Positions 1 through 9,319 are shown, numbered from the stretch's first letter. The stretch is DNA of 25,365 nucleotides from Bdellovibrionales bacterium (GCA_031370005.1 JANMPT010000057.1:1-25365), one strand, 5' to 3'. Notes: generated from the letters alone by a model not told the origin. Made by a program: numbers and translations.

Positions 1-204
1 CTGGCAATACGGAAGTAGCCTTTTTTGATAAAGCGGCCACCGCTAAGTGCGTGGTGGAGGCAAGAGGGGTTCGAGCAAAGCTTTGGAGAGTAGGACATGG
101 GGAGCTTTTGTAGCAAGGCTCACTCCCCTGGCTTTTCCTCCTACGGAGGACAAGAACCGTTTGTTCTGACGGGGTCCGGATACAAAGAAGTGGGCTTCGG
201 AATT

Positions 205-229
205 AAAAAAGCCCCCTTCCAGGGGCTTT
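205..229 (-). terminator. Intrinsic terminator-like hairpin (possibly bidirectional)
   Basis: AAAGCCCC-cttcca-GGGGCTTT inverted repeat; the minus strand has a T6 tail. Confidence 0.55.
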
Positions 230-302
230 GGGTACAATCATCTGGGGCAGTTTCAAATAGTTAAATGTTCCAAAAATGCTTTAACTCCGGTATACAATCC
301 CT

Positions 303-611
303 ATGAAACAAGACGCCATACTTAAAGTGATTGCCAAGGACCTTGGAAGCATAGAGCTTACTCAACTCAATGCGCTCTTTAAAACTGATACCTTCAATCA
401 CATCAAATACAAAATGACTGGCAAAAAACTCGGCCATTTAGGTTATACTGTAAATATAAAAAATATTACCAAGGATGGGCTAAAAGTTTTTCTAGCTAAT
501 AAGGTGAAACTGATCAAATTTGAGGATATTGAGCAATTTGAAAAAGCAAAGCCCCGTGTTGAAAGACCGCGCCCCAGAGGGGTCGCGTCTGTCCCTGCTA
601 AATCACGTTAG
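303..611 (+). CDS. Small basic hypothetical protein (102 aa)
   Basis: ATG-started ORF filling the gap, convergent with the HEAT gene; no recognisable motif. Confidence 0.65.
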   Translation: MKQDAILKVIAKDLGSIELTQLNALFKTDTFNHIKYKMTGKKLGHLGYTVNIKNITKDGLKVFLANKVKLIKFEDIEQFEKAKPRVERPRPRGVASVPAKSR

Positions 612-625
612 GATTCCATCAAAAA

Positions 626-1360
626 TTACAATCCAATTTTTTCTTTACGGGTATAGTCTTGCCACAATAATACAATCTTCTCTCGAGAGGCTTGGGCTTC
701 GCCTAACTTGACTCCCGTCAGCTTTTCCATTCCACCGACAGCAGCTGTCTGCACGCGAGAATCCTTATCGTTAAGTAGCTTGCTGAAAGTTTTTAGCTCG
801 TGATCTGCTGGCTTTTGCGCTAAGACTTCAAGGATTTGCGAGCGTATCCAAAGGCTTTCTTTATTGCGAAAATTGTATTTTTGATCCATCTCTTCCCACA
901 ATAAATCACGGGTATCTGGGCGGGCATTTTTTTGCAATACATCCACAGCGGCAGAACGAACCACCAAAGCTTTGTCTTTCACCAATTTTTTTGCCAACTT
1001 CTGAGCTTCGGCTTCGTTCACTTCTGCCAAAGCCACAAGTGCAGCATTTCTCATGAACCACTGTTTATCCTTAGCTGCCCTTAAAAGATCCGAGGTGGCT
1101 TTTTCGCGGCGACTTTCCGCTGCGAGCATCAAAGCCCGCCAGCGAAGACGCATGGACTGATCTTTAGCAAAAGCTACTGTGATAAATTCTTTATACATAT
1201 CTTGGGTTGTCGACAAAATAGCTTGGCTGCGATTCTCCGCCGGTAAATTCAAAATATCCATCACTTGAGGGCCTAGAGTATTTTTTTTAGAAACCAATGC
1301 CTGGGCACTAATTACGGAGGTTAACGTCAATAAAACAGCTGTAAGAATTATCTTTTTCAT
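626..1360 (-). CDS. Exported HEAT-repeat protein
   Basis: Signal peptide MKKIILTAVLL..AQA; repeated D-x-x-x-x-[VM]R-x-AA-x-x-[AV]L units (DKQWFMRNAALVAL, DKALVVRSAAVDVL, DKDSRVQTAAVGGM). Confidence 0.85.
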   Translation of the reverse strand: MKKIILTAVLLTLTSVISAQALVSKKNTLGPQVMDILNLPAENRSQAILSTTQDMYKEFITVAFAKDQSMRLRWRALMLAAESRREKATSDLLRAAKDKQWFMRNAALVALAEVNEAEAQKLAKKLVKDKALVVRSAAVDVLQKNARPDTRDLLWEEMDQKYNFRNKESLWIRSQILEVLAQKPADHELKTFSKLLNDKDSRVQTAAVGGMEKLTGVKLGEAQASREKIVLLWQDYTRKEKIGL

Positions 1361-1361
1361 A

Positions 1362-2180
1362 TCAACTCTTCTTGTTGAGGTTTTCGGAGTCTTCGGGGGG
1401 CTTGCTGTTCTCGTCTGACTTAGGAGTTTCCTCTAAACTGCCAGACTTCTGCCCCTCAACAGCTTTTGCAAATTCAGCCATCAAAGAATCATCAATAACA
1501 TTGTCTGTGACGGCTTCCGAAGCGGCAGCTTCTAATACGGTAGCCTCCGTAACGTTTTCCGTCGTAAGCGCCTCATTTTGAATGGCTCCACTACTTCCGG
1601 CTGTGCGAGCTGCCTCGAGCTCTTTCGTCAAACGTACATTCTCTTCTTTAAAGAAAGAAAGATCAGCGATATCTTCGCTGATAATTTCATACTCAGCCAA
1701 ACGAGCCTCAAGATCTTTAATTTTTGTTTCGTAATCAGTGCGTTCTTTTTCTGCCAAGCCCGCTGCAGCTGAAGCCGCAGTCGCGATATCTTGAGCACTA
1801 GGGCCCGCCGATCCCGCTTGCGCAGCTTTTACAGCTTGTGCCGCCTTCTCTTGAAGCACTACAATTTGTTTTTCTTTTTCATCAAGTGCTTTTTTCAGAT
1901 ATCCAAGTTCTTGAACTATTTCTGTAGGGGCTGCGCCCGCGGCTGCGTCTGGGCGAACTTTTTGAGAGGATTGTTGATCCAATATTTTTTGCAAAGTTTT
2001 TTCGATTTGTGCACTATTGACCGCAGCCCCACCAGCGCCTGCAGCATCAAAGCTATCAGTGCCTTTGGAACCAAAAAAACTACGGTACGCGAGATAAATC
2101 GCAGAAACCAGGATCAATGCTACCAAGCTTTCGATGATCGCTGCGTTGTAATGACTCCAAAATTCCAAAAATCTTTCCAT
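1362..2180 (-). CDS. Single-pass membrane-anchored coiled-coil protein with acidic tail (start ATG 2180 or GTG 2210)
   Basis: N-terminal TM (AIIESLVALILVSAIYLAY), heptad segments (KIKDLEARLAEYEIISEDIADL); 1-nt gap to the HEAT gene. Confidence 0.8.
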   Translation of the reverse strand: MERFLEFWSHYNAAIIESLVALILVSAIYLAYRSFFGSKGTDSFDAAGAGGAAVNSAQIEKTLQKILDQQSSQKVRPDAAAGAAPTEIVQELGYLKKALDEKEKQIVVLQEKAAQAVKAAQAGSAGPSAQDIATAASAAAGLAEKERTDYETKIKDLEARLAEYEIISEDIADLSFFKEENVRLTKELEAARTAGSSGAIQNEALTTENVTEATVLEAAASEAVTDNVIDDSLMAEFAKAVEGQKSGSLEETPKSDENSKPPEDSENLNKKS

Positions 2181-2300
2181 GCCATTCCAATTCTCGCCGC
2201 GTCTGCTCACAAGGTCAAGGCGGCAAGATCAGAAGACTTAAAAAAACAAGTTTCTTTCGGTCTGGACCAAGGAAGGGCAAACATGCTAGCCTGGGTTTCT

Positions 2301-3650
2301 ATGTCACAAGTACCCTTTGATTTGATTCTAAAAAACGCCACCATTCTTATACCAAATCCTGAGTACACGGGGCTCCGCGAGGAAAAACTTGATGTTGCCG
2401 TGGTCAATAAACGGATCGCAAAGATCAGTTCGAGTCTTAGCGATTCAGCAATTAAAACTCTGGACCTTAATGGGCTTCATCTATTACCAGGAGTGATCGA
2501 TTCTCAGGTTCATTTTCGAGAGCCTGGACTGACCCACAAAGAAGACCTGGAAACAGGAACACGCTCAGCCATTTTAGGCGGGGTGACCACTGTTTTTGAA
2601 ATGCCCAACACAAACCCTTCGACAACAACTCAAATAAACTTCGAAGACAAACTTCAGCGGGCAAAAAATCGTTGTCATTCACACTATGCTTTCTATGTCG
2701 GAGCCACTGCTGATAACGCCAGTGAGCTTGCAGAACTTGAAACCCTCACCCACTGCTCGGGCATTAAAATTTTCATGGGAAGCTCAACGGGCACCTTACT
2801 TGTGGACAAGGAGGAAGCTCTCAATGAAATTCTTCGCTCAGGATCGCGCCGAGTGATTGTTCACTCAGAAGATGAGGCCCGACTGCAGGAACGACGCCAT
2901 ATCGCCGTGGAGTCTCAAGATGTGCATATGCATCCCCTCTGGCGGGATGTTGGGACTGCATTGATCTCTACGAAACGCCTCATTGGATTGGCTCGAAAAA
3001 CGGGACGAAAAGTTCACGTTCTTCATGTGTCCAGTGGCGATGAAATGGATTTCCTAAAAGATCAAAAGGATATCGCCACCGTTGAGGTTCTTCCACAGCA
3101 TTTAACACTGTTTGCGCCAGATTGTTATGATCGACTTAAGAACTTTGCTCAACAAAATCCGCCGATTCGCGAAAAGCACCATATGGAGAGACTTTGGAAA
3201 GCGATTCACGATAGCACTGTGGATGTATTGGGTTCTGATCATGCTCCTCATACGCGTGAAGAAAAGAACCGCCCCTATCCGCAAAGTCCCTCGGGAATGC
3301 CAGGAGTACAAACTCTCGTCCCCATAATGCTGAATCATGTGAATAACGGACGCCTGTCCCTTAGCCAGTTTGTAAAACTCGTAAGCGAGGGCCCTCGCCG
3401 AGTTTTTGGAATTAAAAACAAAGGCCGCATTGAAGTAGGCTATGATGCAGACTTCACCGTTGTAGATATGAAAAAAACCATGACCATCGAAAATAAAATG
3501 ATGGCCAGCCGAAGTGCCTGGACCCCCTATGATGGCATGACAGTACAGGGCTGGCCCACTCATACGATCTTAATGGGGGAAGTTGTCATGGAAAATGACA
3601 CTGTGATTTTGCCCCATCGCGGTCAGGGAGTTCTTTTTGAAGCCCCATAG
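2301..3650 (+). CDS. pyrC: Dihydroorotase (cyclic amidohydrolase family)
   Basis: LPGVIDSQVHFREPG, GGVTT..EMPNT.P, HVLHVS, NPPIR, GSDHAPH, GWPTHT motifs. Start moved to ATG 2301 (MSQVPFDLILKN); the upstream ORF extension is antisense to the previous gene. Confidence 0.9.
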   Translation: MSQVPFDLILKNATILIPNPEYTGLREEKLDVAVVNKRIAKISSSLSDSAIKTLDLNGLHLLPGVIDSQVHFREPGLTHKEDLETGTRSAILGGVTTVFEMPNTNPSTTTQINFEDKLQRAKNRCHSHYAFYVGATADNASELAELETLTHCSGIKIFMGSSTGTLLVDKEEALNEILRSGSRRVIVHSEDEARLQERRHIAVESQDVHMHPLWRDVGTALISTKRLIGLARKTGRKVHVLHVSSGDEMDFLKDQKDIATVEVLPQHLTLFAPDCYDRLKNFAQQNPPIREKHHMERLWKAIHDSTVDVLGSDHAPHTREEKNRPYPQSPSGMPGVQTLVPIMLNHVNNGRLSLSQFVKLVSEGPRRVFGIKNKGRIEVGYDADFTVVDMKKTMTIENKMMASRSAWTPYDGMTVQGWPTHTILMGEVVMENDTVILPHRGQGVLFEAP

Positions 3651-4215
3651 CGGCAAGCAAGCTGCACTTTCTTTTTTCTTCGGAGGCTTAGTCCCCGTCA
3701 TTGCCTTTACTGTTATCGAAGAAAAATATGGCGTGATTGCAGGCCTTGCCACTGGAATGATTTTTGGATTCGGCGAAATTGCTTATGAGCTTATCCGCCA
3801 CCACAAAGTGAGCACAATGACTTTAGTCGGAAATGGGCTCTTGCTAGTTCTAGGAGGGGTCTCTCTGATTTCCAGTGATGGACTGTGGTTCAAACTTCAA
3901 CCCGCACTGATGGAGGGACTGTTTACACTTGCCCTGTGGGGCTCTTGCATTATCAGAAAACCACTCTTGGTGGTCCTGGCTGAAAAACAAGGACAGAAGT
4001 TGCCGGAGCTTGTAAAGGGCAAACTCAATGGCGTAACGTGGCGCACGGGCCTTTTCTTTGCTATTCATGCTGGACTTGCAACATGGGCCGCCTTGGATTG
4101 GAGCACAACAAATTGGGCTTTGTTGAAAGGCATCGGATTAACTGTCAGTTTTATTATTTATCTGGGCGCTGAGGTCTATTATCTGCGCCGATCTATCGCT
4201 AACATAAGGGAATGA
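3637..4215 (+). CDS. Inner-membrane protein, YciB/IspZ family
   Basis: About 5 TM helices; LVLGGVSL..DGLWFKLQPA resembles the YciB FGG-x-TL...FIKWKPT motif; W....W...K..G near the C-terminus. Confidence 0.75.
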   Translation: MKPHSGKQAALSFFFGGLVPVIAFTVIEEKYGVIAGLATGMIFGFGEIAYELIRHHKVSTMTLVGNGLLLVLGGVSLISSDGLWFKLQPALMEGLFTLALWGSCIIRKPLLVVLAEKQGQKLPELVKGKLNGVTWRTGLFFAIHAGLATWAALDWSTTNWALLKGIGLTVSFIIYLGAEVYYLRRSIANIRE

Positions 4216-5054
4216 AAAAGTTTCTTATCGCGTTTCTCGGTATTTCCATCTGTACATTTGCGACTCTTAGCTGCACCCGTCTAGATATCGCCATCAATTG
4301 GGCTGACACATATATTGCCTCTCAGGTCGACGACTACTTTGACCTGGACTATCGGCAAAATAAAAATTTGAAAGAGTCTCTCAAAAAAGATATTGGTAAA
4401 ATTCGCAAAGAGCAATTCACTCAATGGGCCGCAGAGCTTCGTCTTTTTGAAAATGATCTACGGGAAAACACACTCAACCAAAAGAATTTTCACAAGTACT
4501 TTGCCGAGACGCTGAGGGCCGCTCAAAAACTGCAAGCTTACTTTATAAATACGGCAATGGGTTTTATTTCCACAACGACCCCAGTGCAGCTAGATCATTT
4601 TGAACTGACCATTCGAAAAAAGAGCATAAAGGATGAGAAGCAGATTCAAAATAGCCAGAAAACCAGTAATGAAAGCCGTAAGAAATATCTTACTTGGACG
4701 AGTCTGTGGATTGATTCTCTTTCGAAAGACCAAGAGCAGCTTTTGAACCAACATTTGAGCGAATACCCTTTCCCTACACAATTACAAATTAATAATAAAA
4801 AACATATCCTAGAGAAATTCCACGAGGCCCGAACCACACTAGACAGACTTCAAAATTTCGTCCGCAGTTACTACAATGACAAGTATCAGTTTGCGGATCC
4901 GGAATATAGACAAGCCTTAGATACTTATCAGGCCGGACTCGAGAAATTTCTTTTTCAGCTTGTCAATTCTCTCAGTGAAAAACAAAAAATCTTTCTTTCC
5001 GAAAACTTGTTGGAGAAAGCTTCTTCCCTTGAAACGCTCGCCGCCAAGAATTGA
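4212..5054 (+). CDS. Lipoprotein, DUF6279-like, all-helical
   Basis: Lipobox TLSC followed by RLDIAINWADTYIASQVDDYFDL and terminal LSEKQK; ATGA overlap with the upstream gene. Confidence 0.75.
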   Translation: MKKFLIAFLGISICTFATLSCTRLDIAINWADTYIASQVDDYFDLDYRQNKNLKESLKKDIGKIRKEQFTQWAAELRLFENDLRENTLNQKNFHKYFAETLRAAQKLQAYFINTAMGFISTTTPVQLDHFELTIRKKSIKDEKQIQNSQKTSNESRKKYLTWTSLWIDSLSKDQEQLLNQHLSEYPFPTQLQINNKKHILEKFHEARTTLDRLQNFVRSYYNDKYQFADPEYRQALDTYQAGLEKFLFQLVNSLSEKQKIFLSENLLEKASSLETLAAKN

Positions 5055-5060
5055 CGGCGA
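5038..5060. terminator. Hairpin between convergent genes
   Basis: TCGCCGcCAA-gaa-TTGaCGGCGA overlapping the stop codon; no U tail. Confidence 0.35.
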
Positions 5061-5095
5061 GTGCGATAAGTCTTGATTCTCGACTAATTTAAAAA

Positions 5096-5704
5096 CTAAA
5101 TTGTGCATCTTCTAAATTGCAAATGATAAATCAAACCTGAGGTCAAGTCAGCAGAGTCCACCGTGATCATAGTTTGGTCTTGGCGGCGATTGGTCTGAGC
5201 CATGATTGAACTATTCACACGAAGGTTCACACTGGCTCCACAAGGGGTCCAAACAAGCGTCTGCGCCACTAAACCATCTGACTGGGTGTAATTGTCAGAC
5301 ATTGGACCCGAGTAAACTCTCGCAAAACGTGGCCCCCGAGATCCCGCCCAAAAATACTCTGTGTCCAATCGAGTGTAGGCTCCTGCTGCTGGAATTAAGT
5401 TAAAACCACGATAGTCCACCTGAAAAATTGCAACGCTATATCCACTGGGTACCTGAACTGGAATTGATATATTACAAGATTTACGATCTACAGTTTTTTT
5501 TGCCGAAAAACCCGCCTCAGCTACATAAGAATCAAAAAGAATACTGAGCGCACTTTCATCAGGACTCAATGTCACACTGGCACTGCCTCCAGGACAGCCC
5601 GTGCCTCCATAAGCTGGCTGACCAAGTCTCAGGCCACTTTGCGCTTGAGCGCTTAGGCCCCCTGCAATAAAAAACCCTAAAAAAAACAATGATGAAAGCT
5701 TCAT
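5096..5704 (-). CDS. Secreted DUF4360-family protein (202 aa)
   Basis: GGTGCPGGS, ILFDSYVA, RKSCNISIPVQVPSGYS..DYRGF, WTPCG, terminal FRRC; ATG 5704 has an AAGGGGGA RBS and a signal peptide. Confidence 0.85.
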   Translation of the reverse strand: MKLSSLFFLGFFIAGGLSAQAQSGLRLGQPAYGGTGCPGGSASVTLSPDESALSILFDSYVAEAGFSAKKTVDRKSCNISIPVQVPSGYSVAIFQVDYRGFNLIPAAGAYTRLDTEYFWAGSRGPRFARVYSGPMSDNYTQSDGLVAQTLVWTPCGASVNLRVNSSIMAQTNRRQDQTMITVDSADLTSGLIYHLQFRRCTI

Positions 5705-5750
5705 ATTAAAATCCCCCTTTGGTGTTACATCGACACACAAAGGACACATA

Positions 5751-5766
5751 AGCAAAGAGTGGGCCA
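5751..5766 (-). promoter_or_regulatory. Sigma54 -24/-12 promoter for the DUF4360 gene
   Basis: Minus strand TGGCCC-ACTCT-TTGCT (GG-N10-GC), 46 nt upstream of the ATG. Confidence 0.65.
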
Positions 5767-5793
5767 AATCTTTCAGAGACATTTTGTTCTAAT

Positions 5794-5821
5794 AAAAAAG
5801 GCCCCGCTTCCGGAGCCTTTT
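5794..5821 (-). terminator. Rho-independent terminator of the subtilase gene
   Basis: Minus strand AGGCTCCG-gaag-CGGGGCCT running into a T tract, just downstream of the stop. Confidence 0.8.
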
Positions 5822-5848
5822 CTAATTCATAAATTTCTCAGTTCATAA

Positions 5849-7423
5849 CTAGGGTTGAGCGCAGAACGGAAGCGTTGGTGCAATTTGACATATAATTTGG
5901 CAAAGTGTTGGATCACCAAGTGGGCAGTTTCCAGGGTTGCTAGGTGGATTTCCTGGATTACCCGGATCTTGAGGTGGAGGTGTTGGCTGTGGGTTCCCTG
6001 GATTGCTTGGCGGAGGCGTTGGCTGTGTTTTCGCTCCGACATTGATGTCCAAAGTTGCCGCAGTTTTCCCAGTAGAGTCTGTCACAGTAACAATAGTTGT
6101 ACCATTCCCTGAGCCTGTGAGCTCGCCGTTTGCATTTACATTTGCTACGGAAGTATTGCTACTTACAAATTGAAAAGGTGCAGTACCCTGCCAAACCTGA
6201 AAGTTAATTTTATCACCAGATGCGATAGTTGCTGCAGCTGGAACCAGAGTCATTTTCTTAGCCAAAACAGCATCAACTGCTGCGAAGGCATCCACACGGC
6301 AATTACAAGCCGTTTGAATTTGTGCCTTTGCGCCAGTGCTTTGTAAAATGGCACGAATCTGAGCACCAGTTAGAGAAGAATCCTGTGCTTTCAACAAAGC
6401 AACAAGCCCTGATACAAGTGGAGTCGCCATGGAAGTCCCAGACAAATCACCATATTTATTCCCTGGCAATGTGCTAGTAATGTTCAAACCAGGGGAAGCC
6501 AAGTGAACTTTTGCTGTTCCGAAGTTTGACCAAGATGGTCTTTCATCATTTGGACCAGAAGCTGCAACTGTGATCGAGTTTGGAAATCCATTGTTTGCTG
6601 GATAAACCTCAGTGCTATCGTTGTTTTTTCCGTCATTTGCTGCAGCCGATACGAAAATAAGTCCTGCATCGTCAGCGCGTTTCACAGCCTCAAGCAAAGG
6701 GGCTGCCGTTGCTCGTGGCACAGAGGCTCCCCAAGAGGCAGAGATCACCTGTACTTTATTCGCAATCGCATAATCAATAGCTTTGATTGCATTGCCCAAA
6801 TCACCAGATCCATTTTCAGTTAAGAAGCGAAGTGGCATGATTGAAACTTCAGGGCTGATACCAATTGTACCACCTTCAATAATGCCAGTGGCGCCAATCA
6901 CACCCGCGCAATGGGTGCCATGTCCTGGATTTTGAAAACCAGTTTTATCCATTGGATCGTTATCATTTTCTGCAAAATCATAACCTTGAACCATATTTGG
7001 TTTCAAAGAATCGTGAGTATAGTCAACGCCAGTATCAATAACGGCAACTAATACGTTTTTGCTCCCTTTGTTGCCCGCTCTTTGCCAAGCTTTCTCAACT
7101 TGAACTTTGGCGATTGCCCATTGAGCCTTCAAAGCCGATGGCTCTAGTGGCGCTGAGAAAGTGTGCAATTTAAAGTTTGGCACTACGTATTCAACTGCTG
7201 GATTTGTCAACAATGAGGCCAGAATAGGGGCTTCATTTTCCTTGTTGATGTCTACCGTGACTAAATTTCCAACAGTGTGGTTGTCCAAAACTTGGATTTG
7301 GTTGTTGTAAGAAAGAGTGCTCAGTGCTGAGAACGCGCTAGTGTTTCTATATTTCACCAAGTATTCCCCCGCGAATACTTGTGAAGAAACTAGCAACGCG
7401 CTTAAAAATAAAATGCGTTTCAT
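5849..7423 (-). CDS. Secreted S8 subtilisin-like serine protease with Ig-like (Big_2) domain, Pro-rich linker and Cys-rich tail (524 aa)
   Basis: Catalytic motifs VAVIDTG, HGTHCAG, GTSMATP; SSNTSVANVNANGELTG Ig-like motif; ATG 7423 with GGAGG RBS and signal peptide. Confidence 0.93.
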   Translation of the reverse strand: MKRILFLSALLVSSQVFAGEYLVKYRNTSAFSALSTLSYNNQIQVLDNHTVGNLVTVDINKENEAPILASLLTNPAVEYVVPNFKLHTFSAPLEPSALKAQWAIAKVQVEKAWQRAGNKGSKNVLVAVIDTGVDYTHDSLKPNMVQGYDFAENDNDPMDKTGFQNPGHGTHCAGVIGATGIIEGGTIGISPEVSIMPLRFLTENGSGDLGNAIKAIDYAIANKVQVISASWGASVPRATAAPLLEAVKRADDAGLIFVSAAANDGKNNDSTEVYPANNGFPNSITVAASGPNDERPSWSNFGTAKVHLASPGLNITSTLPGNKYGDLSGTSMATPLVSGLVALLKAQDSSLTGAQIRAILQSTGAKAQIQTACNCRVDAFAAVDAVLAKKMTLVPAAATIASGDKINFQVWQGTAPFQFVSSNTSVANVNANGELTGSGNGTTIVTVTDSTGKTAATLDINVGAKTQPTPPPSNPGNPQPTPPPQDPGNPGNPPSNPGNCPLGDPTLCQIICQIAPTLPFCAQP

Positions 7424-7560
7424 AGATATCCCTCCGTGGTTGGAAAAATCATAGTCAGATCTAATGAACAAAATATAGAAAAATCTTTTAAGAATCTTAA
7501 TTTTATGACACACAAAGCAACAGTTGAATATGAAAGGAAGCTCTAGAACAATGTTTTCCC

Positions 7561-8349
7561 ATGACATTACTGCAAGCTAGCATTCTCGCCATTGTTGAAG
7601 GATTAACCGAGTTTTTGCCGATTTCATCCACAGGTCATATGGTTTTGACCTCTTATATTATGGGAATCGAAGAAAATGACTTTGTTAAAAGTTTCGAGGT
7701 TATTATCCAGTTCGGAGCCATTTTGGCTGTCCTTGTTGTTTACTGGAAGCGGTTTTTGCCGAACTGGAATTTCTATAAGAAGCTTTTCGTCGCTTTTCTG
7801 CCAACAGCCATAATTGGACTCATCGTTAAAGACTATGTCGACATTCTTTTAGGCAGCCCCAGCATTGTGGCTTGGTCCTTTATTATTGGTGGCGTCATCC
7901 TTATTTTAACCGATAAGCACTTCGCGCATCTTAATTACGAAGGGCGCAAGACAGACCAATTGACATATAAAGACAGCATCTTCTTAGGACTCTTCCAATC
8001 CATTGCTATGATTCCCGGCGTATCGCGCTCTGCAGCAACTATAATTGGTGGACTCTGTCTTAAAATGAATCGCAAAGAGGCGGCGGAGTTTTCATTTTTC
8101 TTAGCCGTACCCACATTGACAGCGGCCACTTTATATAAAAGCTTCAAGCTTTTCAAAACTGTCGAGCCTTCGCAAATCCACTTGCTTCTTATCGGAAATA
8201 TAGTGGCCTTTGTGGTAGCAATTCTTGCGATTAAATCATTTATTAAGTTTCTCTCGAGCCATGGATTTAAATATTTCGGTTACTACCGTATTCTCATGGG
8301 CCTTATCTTTTTAATTATGATTTATTCAGGTGCGAAGCTCGACTTATAG
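7561..8349 (+). CDS. uppP: Undecaprenyl-diphosphate phosphatase (BacA)
   Basis: VEGLTEFLPISSTGH, IQFGAILA, PGVSRSAATI, AAEFSFFLAVP, FGYYR. Confidence 0.96.
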   Translation: MTLLQASILAIVEGLTEFLPISSTGHMVLTSYIMGIEENDFVKSFEVIIQFGAILAVLVVYWKRFLPNWNFYKKLFVAFLPTAIIGLIVKDYVDILLGSPSIVAWSFIIGGVILILTDKHFAHLNYEGRKTDQLTYKDSIFLGLFQSIAMIPGVSRSAATIIGGLCLKMNRKEAAEFSFFLAVPTLTAATLYKSFKLFKTVEPSQIHLLLIGNIVAFVVAILAIKSFIKFLSSHGFKYFGYYRILMGLIFLIMIYSGAKLDL

Positions 8350-8374
8350 GCGAGGAGCTCGCTGGCTTCTTCAA

Positions 8375-9304
8375 CTATTTCTGACGACGGTTTGAATATT
8401 TCTTTCCCCACTTGTAAGAATTCGGCAGGGCAGAAAATAATAGTGGTAAAAGAAGTCGGCGTGGCACCAGCCGGCGCAGATAATAAAAAATCAAAGCATC
8501 TATGGTCGCAGGAATCCACAATGGCGGATTCTCCGTTCGGATGACTTTCAAAATTAAACTCGCCACATCTTTCGGACTTGTTGGACTTAATTTCATTAGG
8601 CGCTCAATAAAAGGCGCCATATTTTCGTAGTAGTCCCCATAAACCCCCTCATGCCCACCTTCGGGCTTTGAGCCAGCACCATCATAGACATTTTTAAAGG
8701 AGTTCGAGCGAATAAAGCCCGGCTGAATTAAACTCACGTTAATGCCCAAAGGTTTCGCCTCGTACCAAAGGGCTTCACTCATGCCTTCCAATGCATATTT
8801 TGAGGCGCTGTAGGAGGCCATTGTCGGCATTGCGAGCATTCCACTAACCGAAGAAACATTGATAATTTTGCCACGTCCGAGCTCGCGCATATAAGGCATC
8901 ACTTGGCGGATCAAACCAACGGGACCCAAATAGTTGGTCGACATTTGGTGAAACTCATTTGCTTCAGACATGTGCTCGAGCACTGCACGATAGGTAATCC
9001 CAGCATTGTTAATAAGGATATTTACGCCCTGCCACTGCTTTGTAATTTCCTGAATCAATGCCACGCGCTCAGAGTCCGAGGTCACATCTAGCTGGCGGAT
9101 CAGAAAGTGCTCATTTTCTTTAAATCTGTCCTGCAGAAGCTTAAGTGACTTTTTGCGCGCAGTAACGATCACACGATACTGAGGATAATCGTACAAGAGC
9201 TCCGCAAGTGCTAGGCCTATACCTGAGCTGCAACCCGTAACTAGTATCACGGGCTTATAATTCTGAGGGGTTCTTCGTTTGAACCAGTACCAAAGATTTA
9301 GCAT
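8375..9304 (-). CDS. Short-chain dehydrogenase/reductase (SDR)
   Basis: TGCSSGIG, LINNAG, NVSS, YSASK, IQPG. Confidence 0.92.
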   Translation of the reverse strand: MLNLWYWFKRRTPQNYKPVILVTGCSSGIGLALAELLYDYPQYRVIVTARKKSLKLLQDRFKENEHFLIRQLDVTSDSERVALIQEITKQWQGVNILINNAGITYRAVLEHMSEANEFHQMSTNYLGPVGLIRQVMPYMRELGRGKIINVSSVSGMLAMPTMASYSASKYALEGMSEALWYEAKPLGINVSLIQPGFIRSNSFKNVYDGAGSKPEGGHEGVYGDYYENMAPFIERLMKLSPTSPKDVASLILKVIRTENPPLWIPATIDALIFYYLRRLVPRRLLLPLLFSALPNSYKWGKKYSNRRQK

Positions 9305-9310
9305 CTTCTT

Positions 9311-9319
9311 ATTCTAACA
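9311..9319 (-). promoter_or_regulatory. Extended -10 element, probable leaderless SDR mRNA
   Basis: TGtTAGAAT lies 6 nt before the ATG; no strong SD. Confidence 0.5.

Noticed and set aside
52..76. tRNA/tmRNA-like 3' end on the minus strand (..TCGAACCCCTCTTGCCTCCACCA)
   Set aside because: The T-loop register is off by one and there is no complementary 5' T-stem or acceptor strand, so no cloverleaf forms.
243..251. TGGGGCAGT, an inverted match to ACTGCCCCA at 25206-25214, as possible element ends
   Set aside because: Only 9 bp, partly explained by the -10 box at the far end; the enclosed DNA is mostly housekeeping.
1791..2300. 170-aa N-terminal extension of the dihydroorotase ORF
   Set aside because: Mostly antisense shadow of the 1362-2180 gene; amidohydrolase similarity begins at MSQVPFDLILKN.
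5930..6030. Short DNA repeats as a CRISPR or VNTR array
   Set aside because: They encode the Pro-rich linker of the subtilase; there is no repeat-spacer periodicity and no cas genes in the window.
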